Part shown: in pieces, positions 17,623-26,848 of the stretch
Position numbering within the stretch: position 1 is the first letter of the stretch
How the letters are laid out: every line of letters begins with the position of its first letter
DNA from: a virus
Taxonomy: Duplodnaviria > Caudoviricetes
IMG/VR virus record: IMGVR_UViG_3300031885_000015
Span: 1 to 60,447 of that record
Reading direction: 5' to 3' (one strand)
DNA: 60,447 nt
The notes under the pieces: generated by a model
The model's database searches: none
What the model saw: the letters and a program-made list of their open reading frames with translations, nothing else
What the model was told of the DNA's origin: nothing
Position numbers and translations under genes: made by a program

Positions 17623-18039
17623 GTGCTCGACCGTACACTTTGCGTCATTGCCGCTCATACCGAGCTCATGAGCCATACCCTGCGTGAGGTTCACTCGGTT
17701 GTCTACCTCGCGCAGACAAAAGGCGCCGACCTGGGCCTTCGCTTCTGGTACGACCCAAACGGCCCGTGGTCTAAGGAATTGTCGGAGGTCATCCATGCCG
17801 GCGAGATGAGCGCCCTGGTGGCGGTCGATACCATGGGTCATTTGAAGACTAGCGCGGCGTGCTCGTTTGTGCTGGCTGCATGTCTAGAGAGTGAGGCCGA
17901 CAGGCGGTTGAGGGAGGTACTTCCTGGCCTCATCACCCAGAAGGGCCTTTGCCAGAAGGCGACGCGGCACTATCGGAGAGTGCTAGAGGCCGCGGAAGCC
18001 GAGAAGCGAGGAGGTAAGCAGAAGTGTCCCACGCAATAG
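17623..18039 (+). CDS. SocA/Panacea(DUF4065)/YwgA-like protein
   Basis: VYLAQTKGADLGLRFWYDPNGPWSKEL resembles the YLxQ..F....GPYSxEL motif. Confidence 0.5.
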   Translation: MLDRTLCVIAAHTELMSHTLREVHSVVYLAQTKGADLGLRFWYDPNGPWSKELSEVIHAGEMSALVAVDTMGHLKTSAACSFVLAACLESEADRRLREVLPGLITQKGLCQKATRHYRRVLEAAEAEKRGGKQKCPTQ

Positions 18040-18311
18040 TTGTGACCTACTTTGAAGACCTAGTGGATGTGTCCTACGTGTTCACCAACGAGGAGCCAGG
18101 TAAGTTCCGGGCTGATGTTATCAATGCTCTAGATATCGCTGTAGCCTTTGTGGGCTTGCAAGTTCGTGGTCGCACGCGAGACGAGGCGTTAGATAACCTA
18201 CAGAAACGCATGATCCAGCTTGTTGTTTGCTACATCGAGGAGGCGCGGCGCGACTCCACGACTCAGCTCATTGTGAAGAACCTTCACGATAAGCGGGAGG
18301 AGGCGAAATAA
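18024..18311 (+). CDS. HicB-like antitoxin-fold protein
   Basis: GLQVRGRTRDEALDNLQ resembles the HicB G.T.EEAL.NL motif. Confidence 0.5.
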   Translation: MSHAIVVTYFEDLVDVSYVFTNEEPGKFRADVINALDIAVAFVGLQVRGRTRDEALDNLQKRMIQLVVCYIEEARRDSTTQLIVKNLHDKREEAK

Positions 18312-18554
18312 ATGTCTGACAAGGAGTACAAACAGCCAGTCAAGCCTATCACAGTTGAAGACATCATCACTGAGGCCGACGGCTTCTATTGGAGTCTAAC
18401 CTTCTCCGAGGCCCAGGACTTCCTACGTGAGTGTGGCCCCAAGATTGCTGAAAAGCTGTGGGATCACCTACCTGATGCCATGCAGGAGCTGCTCAGTGCG
18501 TGGCTCAAGAGAACCGGGTGTGGAAAGCCTCAGCCCATGTCGTTGGTTGAGTAG
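18312..18554 (+). CDS. Hypothetical protein
   Basis: GGAGGAGG RBS. Confidence 0.65.
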   Translation: MSDKEYKQPVKPITVEDIITEADGFYWSLTFSEAQDFLRECGPKIAEKLWDHLPDAMQELLSAWLKRTGCGKPQPMSLVE

Positions 18555-18687
18555 TGGCGCATTCCAGACCCCCTTTGGCCCTGAGGACGATGCTCGGTGT
18601 GATAGCCCCAAGATGCCAACGAAGTCGCCCAGGTGTGATGAGGATTGCCCTGGCTACGAATGCTTGTTCCCTAGCGAGGTGTAGTCG

Positions 18688-18870
18688 ATGCTTGTCCTGT
18701 CTCACTTCAAGGATGGCACCATCATTCCTGACGGCTGCCCTGACGGTCGTAGTTGGTGTTTGCAGGCTCACTGGAGTGGTCGTACAGAACGATGTCTACT
18801 ATATGGTGGGCGCGAGAGTAGCTGTACCATCTGCGAGCGCGACCAAGTTGTCGACGAGGAGGAGACGTGA
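18688..18870 (+). CDS. Small Cys-containing hypothetical protein
   Basis: GAGGT RBS. Confidence 0.5.
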   Translation: MLVLSHFKDGTIIPDGCPDGRSWCLQAHWSGRTERCLLYGGRESSCTICERDQVVDEEET

Positions 18871-18873
18871 TCG

Positions 18874-19170
18874 ATGGACAGAATCGTTATCAGACTAGAA
18901 CCAGGCATGCGAGTCGAGGTCTACACCGAACGAGTAAGATTGTTCTGCCAGCCTATCCTGCGTCTCTATCCCCACGGCGGTTTCGCATCGATTCCTAGCG
19001 AGGCTCCAGAGACACTGATCGTGTGCGAGGATCCCGAGCACGCGCGGTCCTTACTGATCGAGATGCTACAACTTCTAGACAAGGACATCCAGGAGCGAAA
19101 GGCGCGCGTCGAGGAGGAAGAGGCTGAGTCTAATATACTGGACGAGATGCCACATATCGACAACCGATAA
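18874..19170 (+). CDS. Hypothetical protein
   Basis: GAGGAGGAG RBS. Confidence 0.65.
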   Translation: MDRIVIRLEPGMRVEVYTERVRLFCQPILRLYPHGGFASIPSEAPETLIVCEDPEHARSLLIEMLQLLDKDIQERKARVEEEEAESNILDEMPHIDNR

Positions 19171-19212
19171 GAGCTGTAGACACAGAAAGTACCAGACTAG
19201 GGCAAAGGAGGA

Positions 19213-19440
19213 GTGGACGTGAAAATAGTAGCTGCCTACATCCTGCTGAATACGGACGACCCGTTGGGTGCCCCGTCCCACGGCTTTGTTAGACCCAAGG
19301 ATTGTCCCCTGGGCTACACCTTCTGTCTTGATATATCGTTTGAGGGCAAACAAAAAAGGCGCTGTATCCATCTGCGCGAGGCCGCCGTTTTTGGTGGCAT
19401 CGACTGCGGTGCCAATGAATGCGGCGCAAAGGAGGGCTAG
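19213..19440 (+). CDS. Hypothetical protein
   Basis: AAGGAGG RBS. Confidence 0.55.
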   Translation: MDVKIVAAYILLNTDDPLGAPSHGFVRPKDCPLGYTFCLDISFEGKQKRRCIHLREAAVFGGIDCGANECGAKEG

Positions 19441-19443
19441 CCA

Positions 19444-19761
19444 ATGCACATCACCATCAGGGACCACGCACGCGACAGGCTGCGTAAGTACTACGGCGAC
19501 GACGCGAAGGCACTTGAGGACATCGCCGTTAGTATGCTCTATACAGCTCTACGGCGAGGGGTCAAGCCAGAGATGTACCAAGATGGTCGCACAGGTGAGC
19601 AGTATCTCCAGATTCCCATCGCCCTGCGTGGTGAGGGTGTGGCACGATTCGCCTTGCGTAAATGGGGCGGGTATCAGCTACGCACTGTGACCCCACCAAG
19701 GGGCGCACGGCAGCGAGATCACCTAGCTACGCTGGCTCGAGCTCACGCCCTGAAGCCATGA
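19444..19761 (+). CDS. Hypothetical protein
   Basis: AAGGAGG RBS; ITIRDHARDRL start. Confidence 0.6.
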   Translation: MHITIRDHARDRLRKYYGDDAKALEDIAVSMLYTALRRGVKPEMYQDGRTGEQYLQIPIALRGEGVARFALRKWGGYQLRTVTPPRGARQRDHLATLARAHALKP

Positions 19762-19789
19762 GGAGCCACTCGTAGGGAGGAATCGAGCT

Positions 19790-20488
19790 GTGTTATCTAA
19801 GGTGATTCCTCTTCCAAGCATGCCAGAACCGGGGGTACGCCTCTCTGTCGGTGCCAGTGAAATCGCCGAAACGTTGGCAGATACCCTGTTTCAATGTCTT
19901 AAGTGTTTTCCTCCCAGTAAGAGGCGGCAGGTTGCATTCTTGTGCATCGGTGCTGGCCGATCGATAGGAGATATACTAGGACCAACGGTAGGTTCACTGC
20001 TAGTTGACGCTGGGTGGAGAGTAGGCTGCGTACCAGGTGGAGCATTTAAGCGATGTGGCGTATCGCGGGTATCTGTGTATGGTACTCTAGAGCGCCCCGC
20101 ACATGCTGGAGGCATTCCCCTATCAGGAGGGTCTCGTCGGACAACTATCATTGCCATAGGTGCGTGTCCAGGGTCACTTGAGGATATAGGCTCGATTGAT
20201 ATTAGACTCGGCCCCATCCAACCTTGTATTGGCCTCGCCACACACGTGGATTCCTTCAGGGATCTCTTACCAGTAGGCGACGTGTCTGTGGCTGGAGCGA
20301 TCGGTGTGGGGAGCATAGATCAACTCCTTGGAGCTACAGCTACTCAGGTAGGGCCACGAGTGGTACTTAGGCTCGATGAGCTCAGCGTCCAACTTAGCGT
20401 AGTTATGAGTATAGCAGCTGCCATCAGCCGTGGAGTACTTGTAGCTTTGGGGGCACATCCAAGGAATCTGCACGGAGGGAGGAAATGA
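19790..20488 (+). CDS. yyaC: YyaC (DUF1256) spore protease-like protein, divergent
   Basis: FLCIG..RSIGDILGPTVG, VYGTLERPAHA, IIAIGAC, GPIQP, LPVGD. Confidence 0.75.
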   Translation: MLSKVIPLPSMPEPGVRLSVGASEIAETLADTLFQCLKCFPPSKRRQVAFLCIGAGRSIGDILGPTVGSLLVDAGWRVGCVPGGAFKRCGVSRVSVYGTLERPAHAGGIPLSGGSRRTTIIAIGACPGSLEDIGSIDIRLGPIQPCIGLATHVDSFRDLLPVGDVSVAGAIGVGSIDQLLGATATQVGPRVVLRLDELSVQLSVVMSIAAAISRGVLVALGAHPRNLHGGRK

Positions 20489-20991
20489 GAATGGGAGGAG
20501 ACAAGGACGACCCGCTTTACGCCGCTATCGTCGCGTTTCAAGAGAGACTTCGCTGCACGCCCATCGAACAGATAATCGATGAGGTTGTGAGGAGTTATAA
20601 CAAGCATGCGGACTCTCCTGTTACAGATCGTCCCCTGATATGGGACTGGCGCCACTTGATGTGCATCAGCCAGATTGTGCATTGTGGTTCTCACAGCAGT
20701 GACCTTCTGTTGGAGTTTGCAGGTGAGACATTACAGATCGCTCTCAAGGCCGTTCCGCGCGCCATGATGGCAGAGGAGGCGCTGCAAAACGTTGTTGCCG
20801 CGCTTCAGGAAGAGAATAACCTGTGTGTGTGGTGTCCAGAGCATGAGGTCACCGCCGCAGGCCCACCTGGCTACAGGGCGCTGATTTGCAAGCGAAATCA
20901 GCCGCGCTACGACCCCGACCATATCAAGAAGTGCTTCACCGACGCGATGCTTGCCGAAGCCTACACAAAGGTGCTACAAGGAAGGAAGTGA
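20485..20991 (+). CDS. Hypothetical protein
   Basis: ATGA overlap with upstream gene; RBS. Confidence 0.65.
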   Translation: MRMGGDKDDPLYAAIVAFQERLRCTPIEQIIDEVVRSYNKHADSPVTDRPLIWDWRHLMCISQIVHCGSHSSDLLLEFAGETLQIALKAVPRAMMAEEALQNVVAALQEENNLCVWCPEHEVTAAGPPGYRALICKRNQPRYDPDHIKKCFTDAMLAEAYTKVLQGRK

Positions 20992-20995
20992 CATA

Positions 20996-21286
20996 GTGTA
21001 CCTAATCATCGCCACCATCGAAAAGGGTGAGGTTGTCGGTGAGGGCCGTGGGCGCGATTTCAAGGCCAGTGTTGAGCGGCTGTACCAGAGGTGGCATCAA
21101 CAGAAGTATGGCAAGGGCGACCGCCGACGCGTAGTGGCTCGCAGTCACCGCATCACAAGAAACGCAGACTACAGTGTGTACCGCATTCGAATGGGCTACC
21201 GACCTGATCCCTGCTTTAGCACTTACGTGTTAGACCCAGAGATCTCGGTCTACGTGAACTACAGAAATGTGATTGACCCTCGATAA
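20996..21286 (+). CDS. Hypothetical protein
   Basis: ORF track; start estimated. Confidence 0.55.
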   Translation: MYLIIATIEKGEVVGEGRGRDFKASVERLYQRWHQQKYGKGDRRRVVARSHRITRNADYSVYRIRMGYRPDPCFSTYVLDPEISVYVNYRNVIDPR

Positions 21287-21333
21287 AGTGACCTCTGATG
21301 AGCTCAGCGTGTATTGTAGAGGAGGGAACGTAG

Positions 21334-21651
21334 GTGAAGTTCGACGCGAAGTGGCCTAACCCAGTACCGGTCAAAAGCTACCTCATTAGTGGCAGGTTTT
21401 CTGATGAGGTTATCTACGTACCAACCAAAAACAAGTCGGTGAAGTGCGAACGCTGTGGCGCACTCACTGGACCTTGGTACAACCCAAGCTTCGGTGCTGT
21501 TTTCTGCTCTGAGGAGTGTCTCGTGGCAATGTGGCGTGAGTACGCTGAGGCACTCAAACAGCGGCCAGCGACGCCTGCTGAGGCAAGAGAAGTTGAGGAG
21601 GACGCGAGGCTGGAGATAGAAAATAGCGCCGAGGAGGATGATCCTAGGTAG
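21334..21651 (+). CDS. Zn-finger hypothetical protein
   Basis: CERC..FCSEEC. Confidence 0.65.
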   Translation: MKFDAKWPNPVPVKSYLISGRFSDEVIYVPTKNKSVKCERCGALTGPWYNPSFGAVFCSEECLVAMWREYAEALKQRPATPAEAREVEEDARLEIENSAEEDDPR

Positions 21652-21690
21652 CAACGGTCTGACCCGACTAGCACGAAGGAGGGAATTCAC

Positions 21691-22179
21691 TTGGAGGACC
21701 AGGTAATGGAACGCCCTTTGAAGCAGGGTGTCATCAAAGAGATCATTGAACTGACCGCAACTGGAGTAAGTACCCTCGTGTTCTCAGACAAGACCGTGGC
21801 ACACATCAGTGCGGAGGGAATGAGTGTCCTCCGCGAAACCGCCGTGGCACAGGGAATCCCGTCCCCTATTGGCCTACGCATTACGTACACCACTGACGAG
21901 CGCGGCGTCATGCTCGACTTCGCACCTGCACTAGACGACCTCACAGTGCTGGAAATCGATCGTGCAGTACACTACCTGGGCATGACACGTGTGCAGCCTC
22001 GGGTATACCAACTCATACGGTACGTCGCGGGCGTCCGGGCCGCTCTGGGAGCCAAGGACAGATCCCGTGCATTGACCCTCATCAACGCACACAACAAGCT
22101 TGTGCGTCAGCTACGCTGCGCAGCAGATAAGAGTCGTGAGGCAGCAGACAAGAGTTGTGGGGTGGGTCAGAGTAGCTAG
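21691..22179 (+). CDS. Hypothetical protein
   Basis: AAGGAGG RBS. Confidence 0.65.
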   Translation: MEDQVMERPLKQGVIKEIIELTATGVSTLVFSDKTVAHISAEGMSVLRETAVAQGIPSPIGLRITYTTDERGVMLDFAPALDDLTVLEIDRAVHYLGMTRVQPRVYQLIRYVAGVRAALGAKDRSRALTLINAHNKLVRQLRCAADKSREAADKSCGVGQSS

Positions 22180-22299
22180 TACCATGACCACGATACACAT
22201 TCAAGACTTCAAGTTTCAGCTAGGCGACGAGATCCTTGAGGTCCAAGGCCTCAGGAGCCACTTTCTAGGCCTTCTCCATGAGTCACTCCTTCTTGCATG

Positions 22300-22328
22300 T
22301 TGACTTCTCCACAAAATTATTGTATAAT
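22300..22328 (+). promoter_or_regulatory. sigmaA-like promoter
   Basis: TTGACT-17-TATAAT. Confidence 0.85.
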
Positions 22329-22368
22329 TAGAGTAGAGAGCTATATTTGGCTATGAGGAGGATGAGCA

Positions 22369-22710
22369 GTGGGTACTCCTTCTGGTACGATCCCCACGGG
22401 TAGCAACGACGTGACCTGCTTCGATCAGCTTTCGGGAGAGTTACTTGGTCACCCTCCAGTCCTAAGGTGCTATCGAGTGAACGCTCCCCTCGAGCGTCCA
22501 GTAGATGCTCGAAGGAGGTCTTATCGTGAATTGAGCGGCAGCTCGAGCTTCTTCATCGTGTTTGCACACACTCCACAAGAAGCACAACGCTTGGTAGTTG
22601 CGCATAGCAAAGAGGTGAGGGTGCTAGACCTCATAGAGACTGAGGACGAGGTTGTCGAGCTACCCTTGCAGCACGGTGTAGCGGCTGTCGCACACATAGA
22701 GGACCTTTGA
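22369..22710 (+). CDS. Hypothetical protein
   Basis: GAGGAGG RBS. Confidence 0.65.
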   Translation: MGTPSGTIPTGSNDVTCFDQLSGELLGHPPVLRCYRVNAPLERPVDARRRSYRELSGSSSFFIVFAHTPQEAQRLVVAHSKEVRVLDLIETEDEVVELPLQHGVAAVAHIEDL

Positions 22711-22738
22711 TCCTACCAAAAAGGGAGGCAGAAGAGAG

Positions 22739-22951
22739 GTGAGCACTACGACGAAGTTATACCTTGGTGACGTTTTTATGGTGGCTCAGGCTCGTTGTGG
22801 CCTGTGTCAGAGGATCATTCAGTTTGGTGCCCAAGACCTAGCAGCTGCTCAGAGTAAGCTGGCCTTTCCTATGGGTTGGCACCTAGATGATGACTACGGC
22901 TGGGTCTGTGGAGCGTGTCGCCAGACCCTGAAGCACGAAGCCGTGAGGTAG
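22739..22951 (+). CDS. Small Zn-ribbon protein
   Basis: CGLC..GW..CGAC. Confidence 0.6.
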   Translation: MSTTTKLYLGDVFMVAQARCGLCQRIIQFGAQDLAAAQSKLAFPMGWHLDDDYGWVCGACRQTLKHEAVR

Positions 22952-22968
22952 AAGAGGTGATCTCTGAC

Positions 22969-23208
22969 ATGAGGCACACAGGTGTGTTCGCCACGAACGA
23001 AGAGCAGGCTGAAATCGAGGGCCTAGTAGCCCAGGGCTGGCAACCACAGCAACCTATGGTTGCGATGTCGATAGCCGACGGCATAGCCCGAGACGAGGCG
23101 ACCGCCAATGTCCCGAAACGGTGTCACCAGATCGCTCTAACTCACGGGCTGCCAGAGATCCCAGGGTACTATGGCCTCACTCAGGATGGTGAGTTCGTAA
23201 CTGTGTAG
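22969..23208 (+). CDS. Hypothetical protein
   Basis: GAGGTG RBS. Confidence 0.55.
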   Translation: MRHTGVFATNEEQAEIEGLVAQGWQPQQPMVAMSIADGIARDEATANVPKRCHQIALTHGLPEIPGYYGLTQDGEFVTV

Positions 23209-23386
23209 GGAGATACATTGATACTTAACCTCTCGCTCACCATATCGTTAGGGGGAGTAGAGTCTGCCAAGTAAGAAGAGACCCAAGCAGCTCATCTTCC
23301 CTATGGACGTAGGTGATTCCACGGCACGAAGGAGGTACAGTAGATCTAGCCTGGTTCTCACTTCTTGGGAGAGGGGTGGGGCTCCA

Positions 23387-23785
23387 GTGATTGGGGTTAC
23401 CCTAGAGCAGTTTGGGAACATTAAGGGAGGGGCCGAAGCGCAGGAAGTACTACAGCGATTGATAGCCAACAATCCTGACCAGATGCTCGCTGACGTCTGG
23501 GACGTTCCGATCACCTTTATTCGGAAGCTTCGAAAAGACCTAGGTATCTACAAGAGTAAGTCTGGTCGGATTGCTCATGTGGAGGATGCTAGGAACGTTA
23601 CCTGGCCATCGTCCGTGTTTAGCTCGGCACCTCGAGAGGAGAGTGTAGGGTTCCGTGTTCGACTGTCTGGAATCTTTACAGGTGAGGCACTGTTTGCTCG
23701 TCTTGAGGATCTAGAAGCTCTCGTGATAGAAGGCCCTGAGAAAAGATACCGGTTTAGTATCAGCTTGGAGGAGGTGCAGGATTAG
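23387..23785 (+). CDS. Hypothetical protein, possible HTH
   Basis: QMLADVWDVPITFIRKLRKDLGI; start estimated. Confidence 0.6.
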   Translation: MIGVTLEQFGNIKGGAEAQEVLQRLIANNPDQMLADVWDVPITFIRKLRKDLGIYKSKSGRIAHVEDARNVTWPSSVFSSAPREESVGFRVRLSGIFTGEALFARLEDLEALVIEGPEKRYRFSISLEEVQD

Positions 23786-23989
23786 ATGTTGCTAGGCCCA
23801 GGCAGATACTGTTCAAATGGCGCGGGTCTGCTTGTCTTCGGTGCCGCGTGTGGGCTAGCTGGGCTCAGCTTTGGTGGGGTGATAATTGCAGATATCACCC
23901 GTGGTTCTCCCTTGTTTGGGCTCCCGTGCCTGCTTGGCAGTGTTCTCGGAGTACTAGGAGCTTGGTATGTGGCAAGGCTGATCTCCTAG
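23786..23989 (+). CDS. Small two-TM membrane protein
   Basis: Two hydrophobic segments; GGAGGAGG RBS. Confidence 0.6.
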   Translation: MLLGPGRYCSNGAGLLVFGAACGLAGLSFGGVIIADITRGSPLFGLPCLLGSVLGVLGAWYVARLIS

Positions 23990-24016
23990 CCACAACTCGC
24001 ATAGGAGAGTGAGGTC

Positions 24017-24229
24017 ATGAGATCCCCTCAATGGTTACATCCTAGGTGGCTTATAGCAAGAGACTCAAACGGTCAGCTCCTTCTTGTGCATCAAAGTACA
24101 GGAAGTGTTGTTAACTGGTCAGAGGCTCGAGAAGCCTTCGACGCGCTAGAGCTCGCTGCAAAGCTGGCTGAACGTAGTTTGGTTACCGAGGGGGAGGATG
24201 AAGATGGCAGACGAGCCTCTGGATATTGA
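24017..24229 (+). CDS. Hypothetical protein
   Basis: RBS; ORF track. Confidence 0.55.
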   Translation: MRSPQWLHPRWLIARDSNGQLLLVHQSTGSVVNWSEAREAFDALELAAKLAERSLVTEGEDEDGRRASGY

Positions 24230-24515
24230 GTTCTTCGAGGATCCAGAGGAGCTAGGGGCTTCCTGCGTCTTGAGGGCTCACAAGAGTAGACCTGGTCTAG
24301 AGACCGCCGAATTTGATCAGTTCGCCCTGATAGGCCTCAAGGGATCCCAGATAACCATATGTATCGCTGCGGACCTGAAGGATGTCGAGCGAGGGATCCT
24401 CGAGCTGCAGAAGTGTTATACCCTAGCGCTAAAGCGTCAGAAGGAGTTCGAGACCTTCTCTACGATCATGCGGCGGATAGTTGAAACTGAGGAGCCTGGC
24501 AGGCGGGGAGAGTGA
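24198..24515 (+). CDS. Hypothetical protein
   Basis: GGGAGG RBS. Confidence 0.6.
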   Translation: MKMADEPLDIEFFEDPEELGASCVLRAHKSRPGLETAEFDQFALIGLKGSQITICIAADLKDVERGILELQKCYTLALKRQKEFETFSTIMRRIVETEEPGRRGE

Positions 24516-25018
24516 AGGTCATGAACTTCCTCGATCTACTTATGCAGGTTCGAACCCGAGCTAACCTCTCCTGGAAGCCTCCTGAACGTCTCCTTTCACT
24601 AGATCCTGGGGAAACGCTCGGATGGGCCTTCTTCTGTAGTGGCAAGCTATACGAGCGGGGACAAGTCTCCTTGACGAGCTCTACCTCTCAGATCCTTCAA
24701 CTTCTAAAACGGTTCCTGCCTGCTATCGTAGTTGCAGAGGACTATCGCATCTATAGCTGGGAGGCAAAGAGGCACGCTTGGAGGGATCTCTTCACCCCGC
24801 GTCTGCTTGGTATAATCGAGAGTCTGTGCAGCCAGCAAGGAATACCTCTCTTCCTCCAGATGGCTGGCCTTCCAAAGGGGTTCTGTAAGGACAAGAGACT
24901 AAGAGAGTGGGGCTTTTACCAGAGAGGACAGCCTCATGCAAATGACGCCATTCGACACGGTACTTACTTTCTCCTCTTCGGTAGGGCAATAATCGAGGCC
25001 GTACCTCAGCTCCGATAA
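24512..25018 (+). CDS. RuvC-like Holliday junction resolvase
   Basis: LLSLDPGETLGWA, VVAED, HANDAIRH. Confidence 0.75.
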   Translation: MKVMNFLDLLMQVRTRANLSWKPPERLLSLDPGETLGWAFFCSGKLYERGQVSLTSSTSQILQLLKRFLPAIVVAEDYRIYSWEAKRHAWRDLFTPRLLGIIESLCSQQGIPLFLQMAGLPKGFCKDKRLREWGFYQRGQPHANDAIRHGTYFLLFGRAIIEAVPQLR

Positions 25019-26400
25019 TGGCACTAGCACTGAGGGAGTACCAAGTGAAAGATGTAGAGTTTATGGTGAGCCGCTCGCGTATGATCCTTGCCAATGAGCC
25101 TGGGCTCGGCAAAACAGCAGAGACCCTACTAGCTCTGAGAGCTCTCGGAGTTAGCTCCGCCCTTGTTCTAGGACCCAAGGTCAGCCTGGGAGTATGGAAA
25201 GACGAAGCTAAAAGATGGCTTCAGGTTTCCTCTCTTCTCTATATAGGGACCCCTCCACAGAGAAAGCTTATCTGGCAGGAGTACTTGAAACAAAAACCTC
25301 TGCTCCTAATCACTAACTACGCCTTGGTTGAGGAAGTACTCTCTCTTTGTCAGGGGTGGCAAGCGATCATCTGCGATGAGGTACACCTTGCAGGGCTACT
25401 TAACCGCAAAACGAGGACGTTTGCAACGCTCAAGCGGGCGTATAGTAGACACCTGTTCCTCCTCACTGGTACTCCCGTGCGACGAGGCCCTCAGGATCTG
25501 TGGGCCCTTCTGAACCTAATCGACTCTCGTAGCTTCAGTAGCTATTGGCGGTTCATAGAGGAGCACTGCATCACTTTTGAGGATCCCTTCGGACTTACTA
25601 TTGAGGGACGTCCCAAGAATGTAGTAAAGTTCGCTAGCATGCTTTCTCAATATATGGTAAGAAGGACAAAGAAGCAGGTTTTGTCTGAGCTGCCGGACAA
25701 GGTACGTCAACCCATTCCTCTACAGCTGGCAGGAGAGCAGAAGCGACTCTACGATGATCTTGCTAGCAATATGATTGCTGATCTGGGGACAGAGGGTAGC
25801 CATCTCCTCGTCACTCCTAATCGGATCTCTCAGCTCCTAAGACTAAGGCAAATTCTCGTAACCCCACGACTTGTAGGAAGCCCAGCTCTAGGTGTTGCTT
25901 TAGAAGCGCTTGAGGAGCTGGCAGTGGCTGAGCTTTCTTCTGGTAGAGCCTTGGTTGTTTTTACACCCTTTCGAAAGGCTATTCCCTTCATTGTAGAGAT
26001 CTTAGAAGCTCTGCAAGCAAGAGTTTACGTCGTCCATGGGGGACTACCTCAAGAGCAGGTGCATAGTTCGACCCAGGCGTTCCAGCTTGGCTCGGGTCCA
26101 AGAGCCCTAGTTTGTACGATCAAGAGTGGAGCCTCTTTTACTGCTCACGCAGCTAGCACAGCGATTTTCGTGGGGTGCGAGTGGAGCGCTATCGAGAACC
26201 TACAGGCTGAAGATAGGCTTCACAGACTAGGTCAGAAGGTTGCTGTACATGTATACTACCTGCTGCATAGGCAGACAGTAGATGAGGCTATATTGGAGGT
26301 CCTTAATAACAAGCAGAGAGCTGCAAACTGGATCCTTAGTCCAGAAGTGATGCTCGATCAGGTGTGGCGTGGGGCCGGTTGCAATCCAAAGCAGCCCTAA
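25018..26400 (+). CDS. SNF2-family helicase
   Basis: ANEPGLGKT, DEVH, LTGTP, QAEDRLHRLGQ. Confidence 0.92.
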   Translation: MALALREYQVKDVEFMVSRSRMILANEPGLGKTAETLLALRALGVSSALVLGPKVSLGVWKDEAKRWLQVSSLLYIGTPPQRKLIWQEYLKQKPLLLITNYALVEEVLSLCQGWQAIICDEVHLAGLLNRKTRTFATLKRAYSRHLFLLTGTPVRRGPQDLWALLNLIDSRSFSSYWRFIEEHCITFEDPFGLTIEGRPKNVVKFASMLSQYMVRRTKKQVLSELPDKVRQPIPLQLAGEQKRLYDDLASNMIADLGTEGSHLLVTPNRISQLLRLRQILVTPRLVGSPALGVALEALEELAVAELSSGRALVVFTPFRKAIPFIVEILEALQARVYVVHGGLPQEQVHSSTQAFQLGSGPRALVCTIKSGASFTAHAASTAIFVGCEWSAIENLQAEDRLHRLGQKVAVHVYYLLHRQTVDEAILEVLNNKQRAANWILSPEVMLDQVWRGAGCNPKQP

Positions 26401-26418
26401 AAAATTTTGAATCCCTTG

Positions 26419-26447
26419 TTGACAAAAGGGCGAAAATGTAGTATAAT
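26419..26447 (+). promoter_or_regulatory. Consensus sigmaA promoter of the replication/modification operon
   Basis: TTGACA-17-TATAAT. Confidence 0.9.
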
Positions 26448-26454
26448 AAAGGTA

Positions 26455-26650
26455 GGGGAATAAGGGTTCCCTAAGGACAAGTCGTGAGTCGAGACTATTG
26501 GGCTGGGCAGCCTATCCGGTGCGCCTGTCGTCTAAACTGTTCGTAGTGAGCTGCCCCAGGATACCTGCCCACCAGGCAGGAGATGTGGGTAGAGTCCCAC
26601 CAGGCGCACTAGGTAGTTTGAGGGCCAATCGAAACTGCATCCTTTGCAGG
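26455..26650 (+). ncRNA. Candidate structured 5' leader
   Basis: 10-bp helix 26518-27/26601-10 enclosing two hairpins, plus a crossing 7-bp helix 26505-11/26550-56. Confidence 0.4.
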
Positions 26651-26665
26651 AGAGGAGGCAAGTGG

Positions 26666-26827
26666 TTGAGTGAAGTCAACGACTTCCTTGTGTATCTGCG
26701 AAATAAGGGTATTCATCTTATGACCTACGACTTTCGTGCCGCGATCAATGGCATGTACATAGAGGTTGACGTACCAAAGGTCCTGAAGGAGTTCCAACAA
26801 CTCTCTGACCGAGTAGAGTCGAGCTAA
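26666..26827 (+). CDS. Small hypothetical protein
   Basis: GAGGAGG RBS before TTG. Confidence 0.55.
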   Translation: MSEVNDFLVYLRNKGIHLMTYDFRAAINGMYIEVDVPKVLKEFQQLSDRVESS

Positions 26828-26848
26828 GAGGAAGGAGAACCAACATCT

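Noticed and set aside
26455-26650. Firm cobalamin riboswitch, HDV-like or hammerhead ribozyme call
   Set aside because: Only fragments match; core motifs are missing, and the AGGT needed for pairing lies upstream of the likely TSS
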